DNA from: Bordetella petrii
GTDB taxonomy: Bacteria; Pseudomonadota; Gammaproteobacteria; Burkholderiales; Burkholderiaceae_B
Assembly (NCBI RefSeq): GCF_000067205.1
Contig: NC_010170.1
Location: 534,870-566,869 of the forward strand
Length of the DNA: 32,000 nucleotides
Direction: 5' to 3'
In this document: positions 21,336-28,527 of the stretch, one piece after another
Layout of the letters: each line of letters opens with the position of its first letter
How positions within the stretch are numbered: position 1 is the first letter of the stretch
Position numbers and translations under genes: made by a program
Notes under the pieces: model-generated
What the model saw: the letters and a program-made list of their open reading frames with translations, nothing else
The model's database searches: none
What the model was told of the DNA's origin: nothing

Positions 21336-21505
21336 CCTGCGGGAGCCTGACACCTGTGGGCGGCGACGCGCCTACGGGGCCTGACACCTGTGGGCGGCGA
21401 GGCACCTTCGGGGCTTGGCGCCTGGCCCGGCCGCCAGGTGTCTGGCTCCCGCAGGGTGCCTGACACCTGTGGGAGGCGACGCACCTTCGGGGCCTGACAC
21501 CTGTC
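21336..21505. repeat. REP-like repeat array: right half of the IS-split hairpin, 34-nt-period units and one complete hairpin
   Basis: Units of GCCTGACACCTGTGGG(C/A)GGCGA(C/G)GC(G/A)CCT(A/T)CGGG start at 21345, 21379 and 21458, with a truncated unit at 21492. A complete hairpin, CAGGTGTCTGGC-tcccgcagggt-GCCTGACACCTG, spans 21435-21469 (11 of 12 bp). The array lies directly after the stop of the last gentisate-operon gene. Confidence 0.85.
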
Positions 21506-21515
21506 TGCATGGCCA

Positions 21516-22712
21516 TTACGCCAGGCAGTTTTCCACCTTCCATCCGTACAGCCACTGCAGCCTGTCATAGAACTGCTCCTGGGTCTTGTCTTTCCACAGG
21601 CTGTTGCGCACCTGCCGTTCCACACCCTGCGCATGGTAGATGCGGCCCATTTCCCGGGTAGACCACACCACGCGCGCGCTGCGCGGAATGCGCACCGATT
21701 CGTACAGCCGGAAGGCTGCCGGCAGGTCGCCGTCGCAGGCTTTGACGGCCTGGCCCAGCGTGGCCGCGTCCTCCAGCGCCATGCATGCGCCTTGCGCCAT
21801 GTATTGCGTCATGGGGTGCGCGGCGTCGCCCAGCAGGGTGGCGCGGCCTTCGCCCCAGCGCTCGACGGGCTCGCGGTCGGCCGTGGCCCAGCGCCGCCAT
21901 GAAGTCGGGCGGTCCAGCATCTGATGCGGGCGCGGATGCACGCCCTGGAAGTAGCTCAGCACTTCTTCCTTGCTGCCGTCGCGTACGCCCCATTCTTCTT
22001 GTTCGCGGCTGTGGAAGGTGACCACCAGGTTGTACTGTTGGCCGCCGCGCAGCGGGTAGTGCACCAGGTGGCAGCGCGGCCCGGCCCACAGCACGGGCGC
22101 GTTGATGCGCAGCTCTTCGGGCATGTTGTCGCGTTCGACCACCGCGCGGTACACCACGTGGCCGGTCACACGGGCGGCGTCGCCCACCAGGTGGTCGCGT
22201 ATCACCGACTTGACCCCATCGCAGCCCAGCACCGCGTCGGCGCGGTAGCGGCGGCCCTGCGCGTCTTGCACTTCGACCTGCGCGCCGTCCTGGCGCAGTC
22301 CGGTGATCTGGGTCGAGGTGTGGAACTGGATCAGCGGGTCGCGCTGCACGGCCTCAAGGATGGACAGATGGATGTCGGCCCGGTGGATGACCGCGTACGG
22401 GCCGCCGAAGCGTTGCCGGAAGGCCTCGCCGGTATCGATGCGCACAACCTCTTGGGCGTCCACGGCATCCATCATGATGATGTGGTCGGTGAACACGGCG
22501 CGGCCGCGCGCCGTCTGGCCCACGCCCAGGGCATCCAGCGCGGCGAAGGCGTTGGGGCCCAGCTGGATGCCGGCGCCGATTTCGCCGATGTGGCTGGCCT
22601 GTTCCAGCAGCTGCACGGCGATGCCCTGGCGGGTCAGCGCCAGGGCGGCCGCCAGGCCGCCAATGCCGCCTCCGACCACGATGGCCGTCTGCGTGCGCGT
22701 AGAGTTGCTCAT
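21516..22712 (-). CDS. FAD-dependent aromatic monooxygenase, best fit 3-hydroxybenzoate 6-hydroxylase (gentisate-forming)
   Basis: ORF 21516..22712. It has GxGxxG (VVGGGIGGLAAA), the DG motif (GCDGVKSVIR) and LLGDAAHPMTQYMAQGACMALEDA. The C-terminal DRLQWLYGW is as I recall for 3HB6H enzymes (MhbM/XlnD/NagX type). It lies in a gentisate cluster. Confidence 0.8.
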   Translation of the reverse strand: MSNSTRTQTAIVVGGGIGGLAAALALTRQGIAVQLLEQASHIGEIGAGIQLGPNAFAALDALGVGQTARGRAVFTDHIIMMDAVDAQEVVRIDTGEAFRQRFGGPYAVIHRADIHLSILEAVQRDPLIQFHTSTQITGLRQDGAQVEVQDAQGRRYRADAVLGCDGVKSVIRDHLVGDAARVTGHVVYRAVVERDNMPEELRINAPVLWAGPRCHLVHYPLRGGQQYNLVVTFHSREQEEWGVRDGSKEEVLSYFQGVHPRPHQMLDRPTSWRRWATADREPVERWGEGRATLLGDAAHPMTQYMAQGACMALEDAATLGQAVKACDGDLPAAFRLYESVRIPRSARVVWSTREMGRIYHAQGVERQVRNSLWKDKTQEQFYDRLQWLYGWKVENCLA

Positions 22713-22772
22713 GTCATGCTCCTGCTGTCCCGCGCGGGTCCTGCACGGGAGTCGATGAAGAAAATCGCTGCA

Positions 22773-24149
22773 TCATGCCGGTTCGCCCAGGAACGCGCCC
22801 TGGCGGCGCAACTGGTCCCGCAGCGTTGCGGCGGGCAACTGGCCGGGCGCCACGCCAGCGCGTAGCGCCAGCGCCGCGGCGGTGCCGGCGGCCTCGCCCA
22901 TGACAAAGCAGCTGCCGCTGACGCGCGCCGCCGACTGGCCTTCGTGCGTCATGCCGGCGCAGCGGCCGGCCACCAGCACGTTGGACGCGGCTGCGGCCGC
23001 CTGGCGCGGCACGATCATGCGCAGCGGCAGCTGGTTGTAGCCACGCGACTGCGGTATGGGCGGCCATACCCACTGCACATCGCCGGCCACGTGGATTTCC
23101 AGCGGCCAGCCATTGACGCCGATGCTGTCCGGAAAATCGGCGCAGCCGAGCACGTCGTCGCGGCTGAGCATGTACTCGGCCACGATGCGGCGGGTTTCGC
23201 GTATGCCCAGCTGCGGGGCGATGTCCAGCACATAGGCGCGCTCGAAGCCGGGCACCCGCGCGCGCAGGAACGCCAGGTAGTCGACGATCTGCCGGCGGCC
23301 TTCCAGTTCGCCGGCCGACAGCGACAGCGCGTCGGTGCCGTCGGCGGCCGAGCCATCGGGATTGCTGAGCTGGGTGACGTTGACGCGCCATTCGTAATCG
23401 TGCTTTTGCGGGCGCACGATGGCGCCGCGCCTCGGGAAGCGGAATTCGCCGCTGGCCTCGGCCTCGTCCATCAATTGGGGGATGATCTTCCAGGCCTCGC
23501 GGGCGCGTTCGCCGTCTACATTGCCCACCTTGAACATCAAGGTGGGGTACATCATGTGACCCTGGCCGTCGCCTTTTTCGAACGGCAGGCCCGCCCATTG
23601 GGCGATATCGGCATCGCCCGAGCAATCAATGAAGACGCGGCCGCGCACCGCCCGCGGGCCCGACTTGGTTTCCAGCAACAGGGCGTCCACCGCGCCGTCG
23701 GCGCCGCGCACGATGCCGGTGGCCAGCGCATGGAACAGCACCTGTGCGCCGCTGTCGCGCAGCAGGCCGTCGGCCGCGCACTTGAACGCCGACACGTCGA
23801 AGGCCTGGGCGTGGATCTTGCCCAGGATCAGGTGCGGATCGTTCAGGCCATCCAGGGCGCGCATGCGGTCGAGCAATTCGTCGGCCATGCCGTGCACCAC
23901 TTGGCGAATGTCGCCGTACACGTTGGCGTGCAGGCCGCAGAAGTTGGAAACGCCGGCCGCCGTGCCCATGCCGCCCAGGAAGCCGTAACGTTCGGCCAAC
24001 AGCACGCTGGCGCCATTGCGCGCGGCGCTGGCGGCGGCCAGCAGGCCGGCGGGCCCGCCGCCCAGCACGACCACGTCGTACTCGCCGTGCACCGGGATCT
24101 GGCGCGGGGGTTCAGTAACGAACATCGATGGCTCCTTGTGTGCGTGCAT
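22773..24149 (-). CDS. FAD-dependent oxidoreductase of unknown substrate (FAD_oxidored/PF12831-like by recollection)
   Basis: ORF 22773..24149. The N-terminal dinucleotide fold is YDVVVLGGGPAGLLAAASAARNGASVLLAERYGFLGGMGTAAGV. Its ATG overlaps the upstream Bug stop by 1 nt (TAATG). An alternative start is M9 at 24125. Confidence 0.75.
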   Translation of the reverse strand: MHAHKEPSMFVTEPPRQIPVHGEYDVVVLGGGPAGLLAAASAARNGASVLLAERYGFLGGMGTAAGVSNFCGLHANVYGDIRQVVHGMADELLDRMRALDGLNDPHLILGKIHAQAFDVSAFKCAADGLLRDSGAQVLFHALATGIVRGADGAVDALLLETKSGPRAVRGRVFIDCSGDADIAQWAGLPFEKGDGQGHMMYPTLMFKVGNVDGERAREAWKIIPQLMDEAEASGEFRFPRRGAIVRPQKHDYEWRVNVTQLSNPDGSAADGTDALSLSAGELEGRRQIVDYLAFLRARVPGFERAYVLDIAPQLGIRETRRIVAEYMLSRDDVLGCADFPDSIGVNGWPLEIHVAGDVQWVWPPIPQSRGYNQLPLRMIVPRQAAAAASNVLVAGRCAGMTHEGQSAARVSGSCFVMGEAAGTAAALALRAGVAPGQLPAATLRDQLRRQGAFLGEPA

Positions 24150-25135
24150 TACTGGGCCTTGATGCCCAACTGCCCGATCAGCGGCTTCCAGCGCCGCAGT
24201 TCGTCGTCCATGTAGGCGCGGAACTCGGCCGGCGTGTTGCCCACCGGATCCATGTACTGCGCCTGCAGGCGCTGCTGCACGGCCGGGTCGTGAATGGCCC
24301 GGATAAGCGCGTCAGACAGTTTTTTCTGCACGTCCGCAGGCACTTTCGACGACACCACAAAACCGATCCAGGCAGACCCTTCGATGCCTTTCACGCCTAC
24401 CTCGGCCAGCGTGGGAATGTCAGGCAGCAGCGCCGAGCGCTTCGACGAGGTGACGGCCAGCGCCTTCAGGCGGCCGTCTTTCACCATGGGCATGACCGCA
24501 ATGGGCGGCAGCGCGGCGAATTGCGTGTCGCCGGCAATGACCGAGCTCAGCGCGGCCGGCGACGACGGGTAGGGCACATGCACTGCCTTGGCGCCGATGC
24601 GCTGCAGCATCAGCTCGACCGACAGGTGCGACACCGTGCCGGCGCCCGGCGAGGGGAAGTTGTATTGGTCGGGGTGCTGCTTCAACGCATCGAGCAGCTG
24701 CGCGATGCTGGTGATGCCCGACTTGGCCGGCACGACCAGCACATTGGGCTGGTGCACGGCGAGTGTCAGCGCGGACAGGTCTTTGAAGGGGTTGTAGGGC
24801 AGCTTGTCGAACAACACGGTGTTGTTGACCAGCGGGCCGGTGATCGACACCCCGAAGGTGTAGCCGTCGGGCTTGGCGTTGGCGATGGCATACGTGCCGA
24901 TGTTGCCGCTGGCGCCGGGCTTGTTCTCGACCACCACGGTTTGCCCGAGAATATTGCCGGCCTTGTCGCCGACGATGCGCGCCACCTGGTCGGGGCTGGA
25001 GCCGGGGCCGAACGGCACCACCAGCTTGAGCGGTTGCGCCGGCCAGTCGGCGGCCTGCGCCGCGGCCAAAGGCATCACGATCAGAACGGCGCTCAAGAGG
25101 CGGCGGCGCCAGCCGCTGGCGATGAAATCATGCAT
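24149..25135 (-). CDS. Bug-family (TctC-like) periplasmic substrate-binding protein
   Basis: ORF 24149..25135. It has a signal peptide ..LLSAVLIVMPLAAAQA and the motifs PLKLVVPFGPGSSPD, ENKPGASGNIG, DGYTF, PSPGAGTVSHL and VPYPS. Confidence 0.9.
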   Translation of the reverse strand: MHDFIASGWRRRLLSAVLIVMPLAAAQAADWPAQPLKLVVPFGPGSSPDQVARIVGDKAGNILGQTVVVENKPGASGNIGTYAIANAKPDGYTFGVSITGPLVNNTVLFDKLPYNPFKDLSALTLAVHQPNVLVVPAKSGITSIAQLLDALKQHPDQYNFPSPGAGTVSHLSVELMLQRIGAKAVHVPYPSSPAALSSVIAGDTQFAALPPIAVMPMVKDGRLKALAVTSSKRSALLPDIPTLAEVGVKGIEGSAWIGFVVSSKVPADVQKKLSDALIRAIHDPAVQQRLQAQYMDPVGNTPAEFRAYMDDELRRWKPLIGQLGIKAQ

Positions 25136-25508
25136 CAGGGTCTCCTGTGGGTGTCATTTTTGTGAAGTAGTGTTGCTCGTTGGCGATGAAGGCTGCCACC
25201 ATGGCGCGGTAGGTCGCCTCGACCACCGCCTCCAGGTTCTCGAACCCCTGGTCATGGCGCCGCGCCAGCGCGCGGGCACGCTCGAAAACCTGGGCCTGGC
25301 GCGCCGGCGCGCTGACCTGGAACGCGTCGCGCTTGAAGCGGGCGGCGTCTTTCACGTACATGGCGCGCTCGGCGATCAGCCGCACGATGTCGTTGTCGAG
25401 CCGGTCGATGTGCGCTCGCACTTCGCCCAGGTTGGCGCACAGGGGGCGATAGGCCGGGTCGTCGTACTGGCGCAGCGGGCCAGCGGTGGTGTCGGGTTCT
25501 GTGGACAT
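25128..25508 (-). CDS. AroQ-class chorismate mutase-fold protein, PchB-like (isochorismate-pyruvate lyase / chorismate mutase)
   Basis: This is the inner part of ORF 25128..25778. The start is the ATG at 25508 (MSTEPDTTAG..), giving 126 aa. LGEVRAHIDRLDNDIVRLIAERAMYVKDAARFKRDAFQVSAPARQAQVFERARALA..VAAFIANEQHYF is colinear with my recollection of Pseudomonas aeruginosa PchB (..IREAIDRIDLDIVQALGRRMDYVKAASRFKASEAAIPAPERV..). Its 3' end overlaps the Bug start by 8 nt. Confidence 0.75.
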   Translation of the reverse strand: MSTEPDTTAGPLRQYDDPAYRPLCANLGEVRAHIDRLDNDIVRLIAERAMYVKDAARFKRDAFQVSAPARQAQVFERARALARRHDQGFENLEAVVEATYRAMVAAFIANEQHYFTKMTPTGDPDA

Positions 25509-25534
25509 GAATCGTCTCTTGCGCAGGCCGGCGT

Positions 25535-26173
25535 TCAGCCGGCGTAGTCGGGCTGGCGTTGCGGCGCAGCCGCCTGGAACGCCGGCTGCTCGCCGCAATG
25601 CGTGTAGACGCGCATGGCGTGGGGGTAGGCCGACAGGTCGCACCCCATGCGCTGCGCGTTGGCAATCTGCGGCACCAGGCAGCAGTCGGCCAGCGTCGGC
25701 GCCGCGCCGAAGCAGTACGGCCCGCTGCCGTGGCGCTGCAGCAGGGATTCCACCGTGGCCATGCCTTCGCTGATCCAATGGCGGTACCAGGCGTTTTTCT
25801 GTTCGTCGGTGGCGCCCAGCACGTCCTGCAGGTAGCGCAGGATGCGCAAGTTGTTCACCGGGTGCATGTCGCAGGCAATGGCGTACGAAAGCTCCAGCAC
25901 GCGCGCGCGCTGGTCGGGATCGGCGGGGATCAGGCGCGGCTCGGGGTGCCGGGCATCCAGGTAGTCGATGATGGCCAGCGACTGCCCCAGCGCCAGGCGG
26001 CCGTCGTCCAGCAGCGGCACGTTGGCGGACGGGTTGCGCGCCACGTAATCGGCGGCGCGGTGCTCCAGTTTGCGGATGTTGACGGGCGCGTAGTCGTACG
26101 GCAAGCCCTTGAGCGCCAGCGCGATGCGCACGCGATACGAGGTGGAACTGTTGAAGAAGCTGTGCAGTTGCAT
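25535..26173 (-). CDS. maiA: Glutathione S-transferase zeta-class isomerase; in this context a maleylpyruvate isomerase (maleylacetoacetate isomerase family)
   Basis: ORF 25535..26173. MQLHSFFNSSTSYRVRIALALKGLPYDYAPVNIRKLEHRAADYVARNPSANVPLL..GQSLAIIDYLD has the zeta-GST SSTSYRVRIAL motif. It is adjacent to gentisate-pathway genes. Confidence 0.85.
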   Translation of the reverse strand: MQLHSFFNSSTSYRVRIALALKGLPYDYAPVNIRKLEHRAADYVARNPSANVPLLDDGRLALGQSLAIIDYLDARHPEPRLIPADPDQRARVLELSYAIACDMHPVNNLRILRYLQDVLGATDEQKNAWYRHWISEGMATVESLLQRHGSGPYCFGAAPTLADCCLVPQIANAQRMGCDLSAYPHAMRVYTHCGEQPAFQAAAPQRQPDYAG

Positions 26174-26208
26174 GAAGGTCTACTGGGGGGTGGCGGATAG
26201 AGGGGCGC

Positions 26209-27174
26209 TCAGTCGGCGCTGATGCCGGTGCGCGTGATGATGTCGTCCCAGCGCTTGGCGTCCCTGGCGACCAGCGCGCCGAACTCGGCTGGCGTGGAGG
26301 TGGCGGGCACCATGCCCTGGGCGTCGAATGCGCGGGCGGTGGCCGGATCTTGCAGAATGACGTTGATGGACTGGTTCATGCGCTGCACGATCGCCTCGGG
26401 CGTGCCGGCCGGCGCGAACAGGCCGTACCACATGTCCACGTCGGCGCCCTGCAACCCGGCCTCGGTCAGGGTCGGCACGTCGGGCAATTGGGGCAGCCGC
26501 CTGGGGCTGCCGGTCGCGATGACTTTCAGCTTGCCGGCCCGCACCTGCGGCAAGGCCACGTGCACCGGCAGGAACATATAGTCCAGCCGCCCGCCCAGCA
26601 TGTCGGTAACGGCCCCGGCGGTGCCTTTGTAGGGCACGTGCAGCATGCTGGCGTGGGTGCGGTCCAGGAACAGCGCCATCGACAGATGGTGCGGCGTGCC
26701 CACGCCGGGCGTGCCGTAGGTGAGCTTGCCGGGCGCGGCCTGGGCGGCCTTGACCACGTCGGCCACCGTGGCGGCCGGGTTGGACGGATGCGTGACCAGC
26801 AGCAGCGAACCCCATGAGGTCTGGCCGATGGGCGCCAGGTCTTTCAGCGGGTCGAAATGCAGCTTGCCCTTGTACAGGCTGCTGTTCATGACCAGCGTGT
26901 TCACCGTGACCAGGAAGGTGTAGCCGTCGGGTTCGGCGCGCGCGGCCTTCTCGGTGCCGATGTTGCCGCTGGCGCCGGCCAGGTTCTCCACCACCACCGG
27001 CTGGCCCAGCGCCTGCGGCAGGCGGGCGGCCAGCTGGCGCGCGATCAGGTCGATGCCCGTGCCGGGCGTGAAGGGCACCACCAGCGTAATCGGCCGCTCG
27101 GGCCAGGCGGCGTGGCTGGCCGTGGCGGCCAGTGCCAGGGCCAGCGCGGCCATGGCGCGGATCAAAGTGTTCAT
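26209..27174 (-). CDS. Bug-family (TctC-like) periplasmic substrate-binding protein
   Basis: ORF 26209..27174. It has the signal peptide MNTLIRAMAALALALAATASHA and the motifs PITLVVPFTPGTGID, ENLAGASGNIG, DGYTF, YGTPGVGTPHHL and VPYKG. Confidence 0.9.
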   Translation of the reverse strand: MNTLIRAMAALALALAATASHAAWPERPITLVVPFTPGTGIDLIARQLAARLPQALGQPVVVENLAGASGNIGTEKAARAEPDGYTFLVTVNTLVMNSSLYKGKLHFDPLKDLAPIGQTSWGSLLLVTHPSNPAATVADVVKAAQAAPGKLTYGTPGVGTPHHLSMALFLDRTHASMLHVPYKGTAGAVTDMLGGRLDYMFLPVHVALPQVRAGKLKVIATGSPRRLPQLPDVPTLTEAGLQGADVDMWYGLFAPAGTPEAIVQRMNQSINVILQDPATARAFDAQGMVPATSTPAEFGALVARDAKRWDDIITRTGISAD

Positions 27175-27220
27175 GTGTCTCTCCGGGTTGTCTTATAGGT
27201 ATGCGGTACGGGCGTGTTGC

Positions 27221-27255
27221 CAGGTGTCTGACGGCCAGCGGGAGTCAGACACCTG
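27221..27255. repeat. REP-like hairpin (same family as 21435-21469) between two genes of the gentisate operon
   Basis: CAGGTGTCTGAC-ggccagcggga-GTCAGACACCTG: a 12-bp perfect stem and an 11-nt loop ending GCGGGA, like the other copies. It lies in the 90-bp gap between the monooxygenase stop (27265) and the Bug start (27174). Confidence 0.85.
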
Positions 27256-27264
27256 CCGCGCCGG

Positions 27265-28524
27265 CTACAGGAACGATGCGCGCGCTTTCAGGCCGGCCGG
27301 GTCGAAGCCGGCCACCTGCTTGTAGCGGTGCGAGATGCCTTCCAGTTCTTCGCGGCTGATGACGTCTTCGATGCGCTGGTAGGGGCGGTCGCCCGAGCGT
27401 TCGTACACTTCGCGCAGGATGGCGTCGGGCGGGTTGCTGCGGTTGGTCAGCACTACGCGCGTGGTGGCCTCGACTCGCGCGCGGTCGTATTCCTGCAGGG
27501 CCGCCTCGCCCAGGCCCAGGTGCTTGAGACGCCCGGCCAGGTAGCGCGCGTCGATCACCGCCTGGCCGGCGCCGTTCGAGCCGCGCGGCACCATGGGGTG
27601 GGCGGCATCGCCCAGCAGCGTCATGCGTCCGCGGGTCCAGGTGGGCAGCGGGTCCTGGTCGACCATGGGATATTCCAGTATGGAATCGGCATTGCGGATC
27701 AGCGCCGCCACGTCCAGCCAGTCGAACTGCCAGTCGGCGAACGCCGGATAGAAGTCTTCCAGCCGGCCGGCGCGAGTCCAGTCGCGCTGGGCCGGCACGG
27801 GCGATTCGATTTCCGCCACCCAGTTCACCAACTGGTTGCCATCGGCATCGATGGCGTCGCGGATGGGGTAGATGACCATCTTGCCGCTGGCCAGCCAGCC
27901 TGCGCGCACCATGCTGGCGCCGCTGAGAAACGCCGGGTGGCGAGTAACGCCGCGCCACATATTCACGCCCGAATAACGCGGCGGGCCTTCGTGGGGATAC
28001 AGCTGCTTGCGCACCGCCGAATGGATGCCGTCGCAGCCCACCGCGATCGCGCCCCGCACCGGCGGCAGGGCCTCGCCAGCGCCATTGACCAGATGCACTG
28101 TGACGCTGTCGGCGTCCTGGTCGACGCGCACGCAGCGGCTGTCGGTGACCACGCTGTCGGCGCCCAGGCGCTCGCGCACGGCGGCCAGCAGCGCCATCTG
28201 CAGGTCGCCGCGATGGATGGAATATTGCGGCCAGTCGTAGCCGGCCGCCTTGCCTGCCGGTTCGCTGTAGATGAACTGGCCGTGGCGGGTAAAGAAGATG
28301 GATTCCTTGGTGTGCACGCCCACCGCGTCCAGCGCCGGCAGCAGCCCCAGCTCATCCAGCTCGCGGGCGGCGTGCGGCAGCAGGTTGATGCCCACGCCCA
28401 GCGGCCGGATCTCGGGCACGGCTTCGAATACGCGGCAGCCGATGCCCGCCTGGTGCAGGCTCAAGGCAAGCACCAGGCCGCCCACGCCGGCCCCGATGAT
28501 GACGACGTCGGTATCGGTCTTCAT
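27265..28524 (-). CDS. Group-A flavin-dependent monooxygenase, PhzS-like (hydroxylase, possibly decarboxylating); substrate unknown
   Basis: ORF 27265..28524. It has DVVIIGAGVGGLVLALSL, IRPLGVGINLLPHA, YSIHRGDLQMALLAAVRERLG, GCDGIHSAVR, MWRGVT and MVDQDPLPTWTRGRMTLLGDAAHPMVPRGSNGAGQA. These are colinear with my recollection of P. aeruginosa PhzS. Confidence 0.75.
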   Translation of the reverse strand: MKTDTDVVIIGAGVGGLVLALSLHQAGIGCRVFEAVPEIRPLGVGINLLPHAARELDELGLLPALDAVGVHTKESIFFTRHGQFIYSEPAGKAAGYDWPQYSIHRGDLQMALLAAVRERLGADSVVTDSRCVRVDQDADSVTVHLVNGAGEALPPVRGAIAVGCDGIHSAVRKQLYPHEGPPRYSGVNMWRGVTRHPAFLSGASMVRAGWLASGKMVIYPIRDAIDADGNQLVNWVAEIESPVPAQRDWTRAGRLEDFYPAFADWQFDWLDVAALIRNADSILEYPMVDQDPLPTWTRGRMTLLGDAAHPMVPRGSNGAGQAVIDARYLAGRLKHLGLGEAALQEYDRARVEATTRVVLTNRSNPPDAILREVYERSGDRPYQRIEDVISREELEGISHRYKQVAGFDPAGLKARASFL

Positions 28525-28527
28525 GCG

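Noticed and set aside
21345-21505. Possible CRISPR array, suggested by the regular 34-nt repeats
   Set aside because: The units are directly adjacent with no unique spacers. One copy is inverted to form a hairpin, related copies occur singly elsewhere (27221), and no cas genes are present. This is REP/BIME-like, not CRISPR.
21251-21634. ORFs (127 aa and 75 aa) running across the REP array
   Set aside because: Their sequence is generated by the repeats (recurring QAP/RRP strings). They overlap the IS end and the 3HB6H 3' end.
25509-25778. Longer version (216 aa) of the PchB-like ORF
   Set aside because: The extra N-terminal 90 aa overlap the 3' end of the isomerase gene and are Arg/Ala/Pro-rich. 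The chorismate-mutase fold starts just after the ATG at 25508.
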